A stretch of DNA of 64,000 bases from positions 150,846,001 to 150,910,000 of the forward strand of contig OX597815.1 in the NCBI GenBank assembly GCA_951406725.2, given 5' to 3'. Positions 27,317 to 41,280 of the stretch are shown here, piece after piece; positions within the stretch are counted from its first letter, which is position 1; each line of letters begins with the position of its first letter. This DNA is from Octopus vulgaris. Its lineage: Eukaryota. Below the pieces are notes generated by a model. The model had not been told where the DNA came from. It searched no databases and saw nothing but the letters and a program-made list of their open reading frames with translations. The position numbers were made by a program, and so were the translations under genes.

Positions 27317-27913
27317 ACATTGATCAGAGAACAAACATCAAATTCGAGTCAACGACTTTTTATATAACATATCTCCAAACATCTGATCACATATAAATAT
27401 TATCATGGCTCTAAAGCATATAGTATACATATATAAAAAAACACGGAAAGTAAAAAATACATATGCAAATAAAAATACAGATATATAGAACGGCCCATCA
27501 AGAAGATATATACAGTCAACTATATAGCGGCAATGCTCTCCCGAAATGGCCAGAGATGTGTTTGACTTGATTTTGTGGAACTCTTTTTACTCCTGGACTC
27601 CAACCTACCATGGCATTTATGAAATGAACTATTTTGACGTACTTTTTTGTTTGAGGGGAGTAAGAAAAAATTTTTAGTCGATTGATATTTTATTTTATTT
27701 AGATTTTTAGTCGCATGATACGGTTTAGAATTTTTAGTCGATTGTATATACCTTCTCGATAGTCCATTCTATGTATCTGTGTTTTTATTCGCAAATATAT
27801 ATTTTACCTTCTGCGTTTTGTTATATATGTATGTTATATGTTTAAAAGCCATGGTAATATTAATATATGATCAAATGTTTGGAGGCGTGGTTTTATATAT
27901 AAAGTCGTTGACT

Positions 27914-27962
<49 letters not shown>

Positions 27963-28088
27963 AGAAATTATACAAAATGTATATACAGATAATGAGTAAA
28001 GCACCGGCACAGTTTCGATTACATGTTGTTATCCGTAGATTTATTACAGGAACTTCGTAGTGGCGGATGGAGTAACAGTATTAATAAA

Positions 28089-28323
28089 TTAAGGCGGCGA
28101 GCTGGCAGAAACGTTAGCACGCCGAGCGAAATGCGTAGCCGTATTTCGTCTGCCGTTACGTTCTGAGTTCAAATTCCGCCGAGGTCGACTTTGCCTTTCA
28201 TCCTTTCGGGGTCGATTAAATAAGTACCAGTTACACACTGGGGTCGATACAATCGACTTAATCCGTTTGTCTGTCCTTGTTTGTCCTCTCTGTGTTTAAC
28301 CCCTTGTGGGTAGTAAAGAAATA
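28089..28323 (+). mobile_element. tRNA-derived SINE family A monomer
   Basis: GGCGGCGAGCTGGCAGAAACGTTAGC...GAGTTCAAATTCC, central GCCTTTCATCCTTTCGGGGTCGAT domain; candidate TSD AGTATTAATAAA (28077-28088 / 28324-28335). Confidence 0.9.
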
Positions 28324-28652
28324 AGTATTAATAAAATAGATGGAAGGACAAAAGATTTTATTAGGTACAACACATGTTTCGTACCGCTTTATGTCCATCA
28401 ACTTCGAGAATAAGTGAAAATCAGAGAAAGATTAAAACGCCAAAAATTCAAATATGAATGTGGAAAGTATACTTTCTAGTTTTGAGAAAATGACGTAATG
28501 TGTTTTCGCTGTTGTAACTGATAAGAGAAAGAATAGGATGTAGAAGTTGAATAGAAGATAATACTTAGACGAAATTTTTTTTCTGTTCGTGCTTAGACGC
28601 ACATATATATACACAGATACATATATACATACGCACATATACATACACAGAT

Positions 28653-28767
<115 letters not shown>

Positions 28768-29210
28768 TATACATACGCGCTCAGACACACAATCCAACTA
28801 CATGGGTATATGCATACTACTAGATACACACGCGTACGAACACGTATGGACGAATACATACATATATATGCATAGTAACTCATATAAGCAGGTAGACGAG
28901 CGTATATATTCACAAATATACGAACATAGCATAGATAAATATGTGCATAGATTCCTACCTAAATCAAGATACAGACGTCTGTGCAAAGTTTGACACACAC
29001 TCACGTGTTAGTACACTAGCGCATACATATAAGTAAATATGTACACACATATACATACACATACAACCATATATATATATATATATGCATATACACATAT
29101 AAACCTACGCTCGTGTATACGTATACACAAATTCACACTGATATATGCATATACCTACAAAAAACGCAAATGCACACAGATGAATATGTCGACACACACA
29201 CATCTATATC

Positions 29211-29251
<41 letters not shown>

Positions 29252-30074
29252 GGGAGGGAGAGAGAGAGAGAAAGATGGATATAAGCATTCTTAACACACT
29301 CCAGCTGACCTGGCTTTCAGTGTTAAATGTTGCTCGTTAGAAGACCTTCCTTTAGAGAATAGATACACTCACTTCAATGACGACAGTGAACACTCAGACA
29401 CCGGTGTTTTGGCATGACTGTGCTCCCTCCGGGAATAAACTATAAAACTAGACAAGTACGACTCAAGATCTATTAAAGCAATATCAGAATGTGATCGACT
29501 AACTAAAATAACCGGACTACTTTGGTATAGCTTGGTCGCGCTCCAGTGACTAATACAAATATATAAAAATATATAAAATATATATAAAAATATATTTAAA
29601 AAATACATATGCAAATAAAGATACAGATATATAGAACGGCCTATCAAGAAGGTATATACAGTCGACTATAAGAGTAAGAAAAAGTAGAATTTACGTCCAC
29701 GGAACCCTGCGATTCGGGAAAAAAGAAATCGAGTGAATAAGTACTAGGCTCTAAAAAAGTTTAGGAATAGGGTCTTTTCGCTCGAACGAAAGTTCTTCAA
29801 AGCCGTGCCCCAGCATGGCCGCGTTCTAATAACAAAAGATAAAAAGAGAAAGAAAAACATAGACTAATAAATACACAGCTCATTTCAAAGTTGGTTATTA
29901 TTGTTGCTGTTAATATTGTTGTTGTTGTTGTTGTTTTTGCTGGTGGTAGTGGTGTGGTGGTGGTAGTGGTGGTGCTAGTGGTGGTGATAGTGGTGGTGAT
30001 AGTGGTGGTGGCAGTGTTGTTGTTGGTTGTCAATGACGCTGTTTTGTTGCTTCATGTAATTCATGTTACTATCG

Positions 30075-30425
30075 TTACTTCTTCTTCCTTCTTCTTCGTC
30101 TTCTTTTTCTTCTTCGTTTTCTTCTTTTTCTTCTTCGTCATCTTCGTCTTCTTTTTCTTCTTTTTCTTGCTCGACTTCTTCGTGTCCTTCTTCTTTTCTT
30201 CTTTTCTTCTTTTTCTTCTCCTTCTTCTTTTTCCTCTTTGTCTTCTTTTTCTTCTTCTTCTTTTTCTTCTTCTTCTTTTCTTCTTTTTCTTCTCCTTCTT
30301 CTTCGTCTTCTTCTTTTTCCTCTTTGTCTTCTTTTTCTTCTTCTTCTTCTTTGTCTTCTTCGTCTTCTTCGTTTTCCTCTTTGTCTTTTTTGATTCTACT
30401 TCTTTGTCTTCTTCGTCTTCTTCGT
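30075..30425. repeat. Degenerate (TTC)n polypyrimidine tract
   Basis: About 350 bp, almost only T/C on the + strand. Confidence 0.95.
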
Positions 30426-30870
30426 ATTCCTGTCGTTGCGTTCTGCTGCACAGCTATTGGCAACTGGCAATGAAGTTTCCATCGATCGCGGCCACAGCAG
30501 AAACTATTGATATTTCAACACCAATTCCAATATCGACAAAGCTAGGTGCGCAATCTGAGGACATCAGAAGAGTAAATTAGAGACAGGTAAGATATATCAC
30601 CGAAAGCAAAGGTAACATTTATAAGCGTTTACATACGTATGACATTGTAAATTACATACCTATGTACGCAAATTGTTTATGTTTACATGTGTGTATTCTT
30701 GCATGCGCTTGTGTGTGTGTACATGTGTATGGCTTTATGTTTGTGCGTGTATATACACTTATATGTATTTATATATTTATATAATATATATATATGTGTA
30801 TGTATATCTATATATATGTATATGTATGGATATCTATATATATATGTATATACATATATATATAAAGGCA

Positions 30871-30925
<55 letters not shown>

Positions 30926-31101
30926 ATACATATAAAGGTATATATATATATATATTGCACCACATAAAGCATGTATTGGTGCGTGAAAATTTATACATAC
31001 ATACATACATATATAGCTATATATTCAACGAGTGTATGGGTTTGTATATATGTATGTGCCGTTATGTAATTACATGCATATACAAGTATGTAATTACATA
31101 C

Positions 31102-31178
<77 letters not shown>

Positions 31179-32078
31179 CTTATATATATGTGTGTGTGTG
31201 TGTGTGTATACACATATAAACATGCTTAGAAGTACATATATATACGTACAGATAAATATACATACGTGAACTCACTCATACACATACATGCATACATACA
31301 TGTGTACATATATTGACTACATCGATAAATGAAGTATAAAACCTGCTTCGGCGAGAGAGAAACAGAAAGTAGATGAAAACTAGATCTGAAATGTAGAGTT
31401 AATAAGATAAAGCAACAAGAGGCGAGTAGTTGGTAATCTTACGTAAAGGTCACCTGTAATTTCCGTTTGCTGGCAAATATCCACGTAAAGCAGAAGTGTA
31501 TACATAAAAATATATAAATATATATATATAGCAATGGGAAATTGTAAAAATTGATGAGTTCTAGATCATTATTATTGCCACATGAAATGTCTTTTCCGCT
31601 TCGAACAGGTGTGTGTGTCAGTATGTTTAGATACGTGCATACAAACAGACATATATGTGTGTGTGTGTGTGTGTGCGTGTGTGTTTGTGTGCATGTGGGT
31701 GTGAGAATATATATGTACATGTGTATATACATACATATATATACAGATATATATATATATACATATATGTGTATGTAAATATATATATGTCTAGCTATAT
31801 ATATGTATGTGTATATATATATGCATATATACATACATATATATACACATATATATATATGTATCTCTACATGTCTTTAGATATTTTATATATATATATA
31901 TGTATATATATATATTTATATATAAAATATTTATAGACATATGTGTGTGTGTGTGTGTTTGTGTATGTATGTATGTATGTATATAACCTTCCGCAGCAGA
32001 CAGGCTCTTCTGTGTGCAATCACATGAACACACTCACTGCTACATTTATATTACATAAATACATGTGTATGCTTAAAT

Positions 32079-32114
<36 letters not shown>

Positions 32115-32127
32115 CAAACACACACAC

Positions 32128-32158
<31 letters not shown>

Positions 32159-32193
32159 TATGTACATAAGTATGCAAATATATATAAACATAC

Positions 32194-32229
<36 letters not shown>

Positions 32230-32949
32230 ATACATATGCATATTTATGTATATAGGAGCTCATATATGAATATCTACATATACCGTAGTGTATACAAATA
32301 CACTATATACGTATGGAGATGTGACGCTAAGAGTGATACTTATATGAACAACTATGTGCATATATATGTGTGTTTGTGTGTTTGTGCGTGTGTGTGTATA
32401 ATACACTTTTATTGCTTATACACATATACACATGTATATACACTACTGCGTGCATGTTACCATATATAGTTATATATTTATCATATATTTGTGCATATGT
32501 GGGTACATGGGTGTATGTATATATAAATATGTATGTATTTATGTATGTATGTATTATGTATGTATGTATTATGTATGTATTATGCATGTACGTTTACGAG
32601 TGTTAATTTTCTTGCTTTTTTTTTATTAATTTATTATTGTTGTATATATTTTTGCCTTTAGATTTTCTTGTTTTCATGGAAATCCTACCCGGATCAAAAG
32701 AATACAGCAAAGTTCGAAAAAGTAATTTTCTTCCGTATTTTTTTCTTTTTTTATTATTTTCTCTTTATTTCTTTAGTGATGTTATATGTTTTTATCTATA
32801 TTTAATAGATTTGCTGTTGCCTGTCAATGTTACTTCGATCTAGCTGTGATTATCATCTCTCTCACCCTCTTAACTCTCCCTTCTTACACACACACACAAA
32901 CATATATAAATATGTATACATATATATATATGTGTGTGTGTGTGTATAC

Positions 32950-33014
<65 letters not shown>

Positions 33015-33619
33015 CTTTTGTATATGTTTTTGTATTCTTCTCGCATACGATACGATATGATACGATACAAGTCACTGAAGCGTGATACATAGAGAGAGAC
33101 CTGCTTGCCTCTTAAAGTGTTACATCATGTTGTGTAATTTTTATTTTAATATTCCGTAGTGCAGGAATTGCAATGCCGTATCTTTAAATGTCTTTCCTTC
33201 CTTGTAATGGTGCTGTTCTTTTCTTTAAACTGCCAACATGTGAATACGAAGGTTTTCGATAAACTACATAAAGCGTCGCCTTCCAAGCTCCGGTCTCTAA
33301 TTTAAAACATTACACTCCATAAAGTAAAGCAATGATTCTTTCCGAATTTTTTTTTTTTTTTTGCTTTTGTTTCGCTTTTTTGTTGTTGTTGTTGTTGTTG
33401 CTGATGTTATTTTATTCTATTTCGTTCGGATTTACAATGGTCAAACAACAGTAATTATATACGTGTGTGTGTGTGTGTGTTTGACTGACATGCATTAGCG
33501 TAAATATTTCTAACAAGAAATAAATACACTGCACATCAAAAAGTAATTGTCCTTCTATTCTTTCTCTGTCTATCTATCTTCCTCTATCTCTCTCTGTTTA
33601 CACACACAGACACACACAG

Positions 33620-33653
<34 letters not shown>

Positions 33654-35274
33654 AAACTCCACACAGACTCACAGATATACACACTCACAAATACACGCAC
33701 ACTCATAAATATAAAGATACACACAAATATCGATGGTTCTCCGTCGATTTCGACGACGAGGATTTGTCAGTTGTTTGAATTGTCTGTTCGTTCAATAAAT
33801 ACTGAAGTGGCTGATTATTCCACGGACAGATGTAACCTTAACAGTTTTTTACCAGAAGGCGATGGCAGTTCATCAAATCCTCCGTTCTCCGAGTAAGACA
33901 CATTGTTAATTGCTTCAGGGTTTGGACGTTTTCAGTTATGGAGAAACTACATTTCTGCACTTCCTTGAAGTGCGGTGCTGCACTCACCAAAATGTTTCTT
34001 GTTACTGAATGGCATTCTAGTCCTCGTCGCTGAGTTTACACATGAATTGTGACAGACTTGAAATATTTCCCTGTTTTTTTTGGGGGGGGGTCTTTTTTCG
34101 CTTTGAATGCATGGAGAAGTTGAAGGAAACGGTCTCTGAGTACTTAAACTCCCTTTAAGTAGCGTTAAGATTTCTATAACTTCTGGGCATACGACTTCTT
34201 TCGAAAGGTGGGGGTCCTTTTCAGTGAACATTCATACGGAATTCGACAGATGGTGATTGACTGAGAGTTGTGGATGTGTGATTGTGTGTTGATGGTTGTA
34301 GTATTTGATCTGAGAATATATATTATCCACAAATTATTAATTGACCTTACCATTTTGTCAGTTGAACAGTTTATAATAGTTGCACTGGTGATAAGAAAGG
34401 ATATCTTAGAGTTAAGAAATCCTTGACAACGTTCGTGGTGATTTCTTGCTTGTGTGGTGTATGAAACCAGATTACATACCTTTCCTTGGCTCCACTCTAC
34501 TGTATAGTGAATTGAGTCCTATCCATATAAACTAATCTCTCACTGAAGCCACTCCTAAGGAGTGCATCGTTAAAATATGTAGCTGCTTTATTGAAGGTAT
34601 TCCTGTCCGAGGTTATATTAAAGATTCTCTTATTTTGACCTCAAATTTTCTAAATGTGGATGGTGGATGCATGGAATGTTTATAAATATCAACAATGTCT
34701 TTAATTGACTTTCAGTTGGACTAATCTAAAGTATGCTCCTGGGGAAGACATTAAACTGCATCCGACGGTGTGACTCTAGCTTCGGAATTTAGATGTTTTG
34801 GGGAGTAAAGTGCTTCCACGTAGTTACCACTGCTCAGATGTCTTTTCCGTCTCGTAGAGACAGAATTTGTCAAGAGTCCCGATTAAAGGTCAAATAGCAG
34901 AAGAGTCTTGTGGCTAAGGCATTCAGGAATCGAGGGAGAGCTGACCGTTAGAGATGCAACACACCCTCACTGGTTTGTTGACATTCTCTGATGTCACGCG
35001 AACCGCATGTCTACGAGTATAACAGGCTATGTGCTTCAAGAACAAGCTCGGGAGAGTAGGTGACTAACAGCGTAAACTATAAGCGAACCCAGTAGTAGAC
35101 AACAGAATGCTTGTGCTGTATCTTTCTAAAAAACATTATTGAATCTTCAGACTTTGAAATGAAGGCCAGAGATGGTCGATACTTGTAGACATAGCACATG
35201 AAGAGAGAGTCTAATGCTATGTCTTGAAAATCCATATTGCTAAGTTAATGCTAATGTTTATACTTGAAAGATAC

Positions 35275-35508
35275 TCTTTTACTTGTTTCAGTCATTTGAC
35301 TGCGGCCATGCTGGAGCACCACCTTTAGTCGATCAAATCGACCCCAGGACTTATTCTTTGTGAGCCTTGTACTTATTCTATCGCTCTCTTTTGCCGAATC
35401 GCTAAGTTGTCGGACGTAAACACACCAGCATCGGTGACACTTGGGGTAGCCATGCAGTGGGACTGAACCTGTAACCATGTGGTTGGGAAGCAACCACGCC
35501 TGCGCCTA
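35275..35508 (-). mobile_element. SINE family B copy with internal deletion
   Basis: Head and tail match family B; the central part is missing. Confidence 0.8.
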
Positions 35509-36097
35509 TATATCATATATATACAGTTACTTAACAAATCGATAAATCGATTACAATGAAATCAGCACTTGACTGAGAGAGGTACTACAGTTTATAAGTA
35601 GACTAAAATTCTCGATAAAGGTGTAATAACATGGTCGCAGTTCAGTGACTGAAATCTGCACCGGTTCAAAAGTATGATACATGTGTTGTCGGGTGGTATG
35701 TATGTAGATATCTGTGTGTTTATACTTATATTTGTGTATGCGCGCGTGTGTGTGCGTGTGTGTGTATGTATGTATTAATAATACACATACGATCATGTAT
35801 GTATGTGTGTATATGTGTATGTATGTGTGTGTGTGTGTCTGTGCGTGTGTGTGTATGCATATATATATTTAATAATACATATACGATCATGCACGTATGT
35901 ATGTATATATCTATATATAAATGTATGTGTATGCGTATGTATATATTTATATATATGCTTCATAATACATATATTATAAACATGTATTTTTGTGTGTGTG
36001 TATATATGTGTGTGTGTATATGTGTGTGTATATATGTGTGTGTATGTGTGTGTGTTTGTATCTATGTACATATATATATAAATATATATACATACAT

Positions 36098-36770
36098 ATA
36101 CTAAGCAATTAAGGGTTTAGCAACGAATTGCCTCACCACACACCGAATTTAGAAATAGCAGTCAAAGAGTTATAGCTATTCTTTCTACTAAAAGGGAGAT
36201 CTCAGTAAAAACACAGCACTTGAAAGGCAAACACAGACAGGTAAGAGAGAATGAAATGACGGCAATCTATCATACAATATTAAGTCACCTACGGACGTAC
36301 GTTTCGAAATCAAGTTTTAGGAAAGCATAAGAATTAGATAATTCTATCTTACCCAACTTCTTTTCTCATCAGCGTAGGATACTACAATTATGAATAATTG
36401 TATATTAAATTTTGAGATACTAGAAGGCATCATCTCAACTCAGTGTCAGAGCGAGCTAAAGCATTACCAGTACCACGAAATTCAAAGTGTGAATGAAAGT
36501 TTGTGTCACCAGCCCCCTTCCACCCGCGTGTAGCCAAGACAAGATGCTGTGGTCATTTACTGGGATAAAATATGGTTATCAGTAACAATAAAGGGTGAAA
36601 TTAATTAATTTGGAATAATTATTAATTACACCAAGTAGATTTCGGCATGTAAAAGCCTCATTCGAGGAAAATTTAAGTAATACTAAGCAATTAAGGGTTT
36701 AGCAACGAATTGCCTCACCACACACCGAATTTAGAAATAGCAGTCAAAGAGTTATAGCTATTCTTTCTAC
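36098..36770 (-). mobile_element. Retrozyme-like non-autonomous element: 582-bp unit with identical 91-bp direct repeats and an internal hammerhead ribozyme
   Basis: 36098-36188 is identical to 36680-36770; it is flanked by TA-rich microsatellite and has no ORF. Confidence 0.85.
36288..36378 (-). ncRNA. Type I hammerhead ribozyme
   Basis: CCTACG-CTGATGA-GAAA...TTTC-GAAAC-GTAC-GTC-CGTAGG: 6-bp stem I, intact core, palindromic stem III. Confidence 0.9.
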
Positions 36771-36774
36771 ATAC

Positions 36775-36806
<32 letters not shown>

Positions 36807-36987
36807 GGAGAGGAAGAGAGAGAGTAGTTGTATACTGTCAACTTAATGTGACAGTCCCATGAAGGGAATCACACCACTGCCATTTAGCCCTAGGAAGCAG
36901 CAACGCTTCCTGTTGGCCTTGACACATTTCCTGTGTCCTTATGTTTACAAGGTGGAGATAAGCATCTCCACCCAGCTAAGCGTGCAA

Positions 36988-37028
36988 CCAGAGACTAGTT
37001 TCTGAGTCTTTGCTCGTCATCAGTCTGG
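36988..37028 (-). ncRNA. Minimal type I hammerhead ribozyme
   Basis: CCAGA-CTGATGA-cgagcaaagactca-GAAAC-TA-GTC-TCTGG. Confidence 0.8.
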
Positions 37029-37522
37029 AGTTGTCATGGAACACCACCCCAAAAATCACAAACAATGTTCCCTTCTAAACAAAAATAAAAAAACATCGTT
37101 TTATATAAATGAACAAGCTTTTTGTACGTTCATAAAATATTATTTGATAAGTTCGAGAAAGGAACGAAAGCGCTAATAATAATGAAGAAATAAAGAAATT
37201 TTTTCTCCGAAATTCTGACGACTTTTTTCTGAATATTCAGTTTCTGTACATCACACCTACCACTCTATACATACATATATATATATGTATGTATGTATGT
37301 TTGTATGTATGTATGTATGTATGTATGTATGTATGTATGTATGTATGTATGTATGTATGTATGTATATACGATGAACTTCTACACAGTTTCTGTAAGACG
37401 AATTCACTCACGAGGCTTTGGTCGGTCCGAGACTAGAGTAGAAGACACTTTTCCGAGGTTCTACGCAGTCGGATTGAACACAAAACCATGTGGTTGTAAT
37501 GCATGTTTCTTAGCCACACAGC

Positions 37523-37586
<64 letters not shown>

Positions 37587-37836
37587 TATCCTTTTTATCC
37601 GTCTCCTTGTTTCAGTCAGTAGTTTGCGGCCATGCTATGACACCGGTTTGAAAAGTCTTTGGTCGAACGAAACGAAACGAAATCAATTAAGCCTAAAACT
37701 TATTCTATTAGTGTCTTTTGCCGAACCGCTAATTCATGGATATGTAAACAAGCCAACAGGAGTTAATAAGTGATGGTGGGAGACAAACGCAGACGCAAAG
37801 ACACACACGCATAAATATGTACATACGCATATACAC

Positions 37837-37903
<67 letters not shown>

Positions 37904-37963
37904 ATATATATATATATATATATACATACATATATAATATATATATATATATATATACATATA

Positions 37964-38049
<86 letters not shown>

Positions 38050-38799
38050 CATATATACATACACACATATATCAATACATCTACCACAACCGACAGTTAT
38101 CTTAATACTTTGCTTGCAAGCAATAATGTTCTTTAATCATAAAGAATCATCAGAACTTGTCCAAGCTTTCGATTTTGTTTTCTTCTCTTAAAAGTTTCGT
38201 ATTTACAGTGTCAAGAATTATGAACAATAAACTTTCTAGGGTTAGGTGTTGAGAACAATTCATAATCTTTATGTAGACATTTTTATGAAATGTTGAATAG
38301 CTTCAATATTGTGGCCAAAAAAAAAAACGAGCGAAACATCACATTGAGATATGCTGGAGACATCAATAACTGTATTTTTTTAATAAATTGTAGTCATGTT
38401 TTCAACATAAGAAAATCGTTGAAAGAATTGTTACTCCTGAACTATGTTAGCTAGTATACGCACGCACACACACACACACACTCATACACACATACTCAAA
38501 AACACACATACACATACATACACATGTACACACACGTATATATGAGTGTGTGCATAAGTGTCTATATGTAAGTACATGTGTATGTATGTACGTACGTATG
38601 TGTATGCATGTATACGCATATGTTTATGTATGTGTGCATATAAATGGGGAAAGTATTCCGTAAAGTAGATTATTTACTTTGTAAATGATGGCACCCGCAG
38701 GCAAGGTTCCTATGCCTGCCTGTCCGTCTGTATGACGGTATGTATATATGTTATGTAGGTATATATATGAAAGTGAATATATAAGTAAGAGTGTGTGTA

Positions 38800-38844
<45 letters not shown>

Positions 38845-39014
38845 GTATATATGTATATATACATATATATATATATGTATATATGTGTGTGTGTATATAT
38901 ATCTATATACATATATATATATTTGCATATATATATATATACATACATATATATCTGTGTGTGTGGGCATGTGTGTATACATATATATATATATTTACAT
39001 ATATATACACATAG

Positions 39015-39045
<31 letters not shown>

Positions 39046-39699
39046 GTTTCAATGATATATTTTCTACAAATATATATGCATGCTTGTATGTTTATATAGT
39101 TTTGTATTTATGCGTGTATGTATGCATGTATTTGTCTATGAACGAAAGTGAGTGTATGTGCTTTAAGTTAATATACTTTTATATTTTCTGAAAATATATT
39201 TAGTCTGTCTTATTGTATATTATTGATACCATGTATAATATACGGTTTAATACACATATATTCGCGCGCACGTACACACAGACACACATGTGTGTGTATG
39301 TGTGTGCGTGTGAGTGTATCATATAAGTACTACTACTGTCGGTCAAAAAAGAAGTGACCAGGATATTTGATAAACAAATGACGTTCACAGACTATCAACC
39401 AATCAGAATCCGGGGTTACTGTCGGAATTCTTTCGGCAATAATTTCCATGAATACCTATTCGCCTTAGGGAAACTCTACCTGAGTCACTGTTTCATCCTT
39501 GGAGGACACATTTTCGACCCAACTCAATCAGTTGAAAATCTTAATTAACATAAACCAACAGTAGCTGATTTACAATGGAATGTAATCAAAACTCTAGCGG
39601 GAATATTTAGTAACCGGTTCCACGCGAAGTCTTGACTGGTCAAATTTATTCGATGGCATAGGTAATAATATTCTAGCTAATTGCGAATTTGGATGCAGT

Positions 39700-40310
39700 G
39701 ATCTGATTGTTATATATCCCCGCCACAAAACCAACTACGCTTTTTGGACATCTTTATCATAGAAAAAGAGATTAACATTGAAACCGACATCTGCTTCAAA
39801 CTAACAGACTTAGAATAATATCTGAAAGACTGTCCTTGGCATCCAAAACATGAACACTAATATATCTTGGCAGTAAGAGTTTGCACAATTGTATCGAGTC
39901 CCGAAACCAGGGAGAAACAGCTACAAGAACTTAAAAGTATTTTAATCGTAAGACAATAGCTATGTCTTTAATCAATAACTAATTGAAAGTGCAAAACGAT
40001 AGCCACCAAAAAAATTACGATAAGCAAGAAACATACCTAATACACTCGATACTTCGAAAAAATACGAAGTATACAACACCGACAATCGAAATATTCTTTG
40101 TCTGATGAACGATCTCGAGACGAAAAAGGCACGCAAAAGAAACAGAATACGCAAAAGACACACTTAAAAGTAAAGAACAACCAACATCTTTAAAATAATT
40201 ACTAGCGTCAAATCACCCACCAAAACTAGAAATGCAATAAATCGAGAGTGTGACCGTCGTAATTTCAGATTCTGCATCAACCTCATCGAGGTCTTAACAT
40301 ATGAGTTTCA
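39700..40310 (+). mobile_element. Decayed Penelope-like RT/thumb remnant
   Basis: Broken translation reads LRFLDIFI...IETDICFKLTD..YL...HPKH...LAVRVCTIVSSPETREKQLQELKSIL; it has many stops. Confidence 0.7.
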
Positions 40311-41280
40311 ATCAGGATAAAACTAAGCAAAGATGGGAAGCGTTTTTATCAGGCTATTGTGAAAAAAGAAAAAGGATGGTTTATACTAAAATTCGAAAAA
40401 TAATAGATTTTCCCAACTGCGTAAGTATTTCTGATCAGAGATTTATATTCCCACCATATTAGATATGTTAATACAAGCTTAACTGTCGCGTTTTATTAAG
40501 CTGAGGAAAAAGTTCGTGCGCCGTGTTAAAATAATGCTTCTTTTATATATTTTTGTGATGTATGTGTGTTCATTCAGTTCATTATTTTAACACGGCGCAC
40601 CAACTTTTCCCTCAACCTAGTAGTATAAAAAGCGTATACGAGTGACTAAAGTCATTGTTTCATGGTAAGCTTTTTATATATTTTCCTACACTATTTCCCT
40701 CTGGCTTTTGTGAATCCCATATAACAATGGCAGTTATGATGTTCATAATACTAAGCTTCAGGCATTTTTGCATGACATTATTCGCCTGAAATACACTCTG
40801 TAGATTGCGAGATTTGTGTTGGTGGGTAGATTCTTAATATTTTTGTAATATATAGTTTAGTAACTCCTGAGACAATGTTCGCCCTCATCTAATATGTATT
40901 GTGTTTTTAATACATGTCTATGAAGAGATTTTTCTCTTAGATACAACACACAATATCCTATCTTTCGGTAATGGATATACATCATGTAAGATACACTGGT
41001 GGCTTTTATAGTTACTGTTAGTTTGTGCTTAGTGCCTCACTATTTCTTTTACAGTTCTATATTTAAGAGATGAGTAATTATGTACATTATTTACATTTGA
41101 TGGATGTTTGTTCTCATCTTTGTTGTTAACACAACTTTCGGCCGATATACCCTCCAGCCTTCATCAGGTGTCTTGGGGAAATTTCGAATCTGGGTTCTCA
41201 TTCTTAAGGTATTTTTCGATGTTATTATTATTATTATTGTTATTATTATTATTATTATTAATGATATTATTATTATTCTA

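Noticed and set aside
29891-30580. Poly-E/K and poly-F ORFs
   Set aside because: They arise from the (TTC)n tract and show no domain signal.
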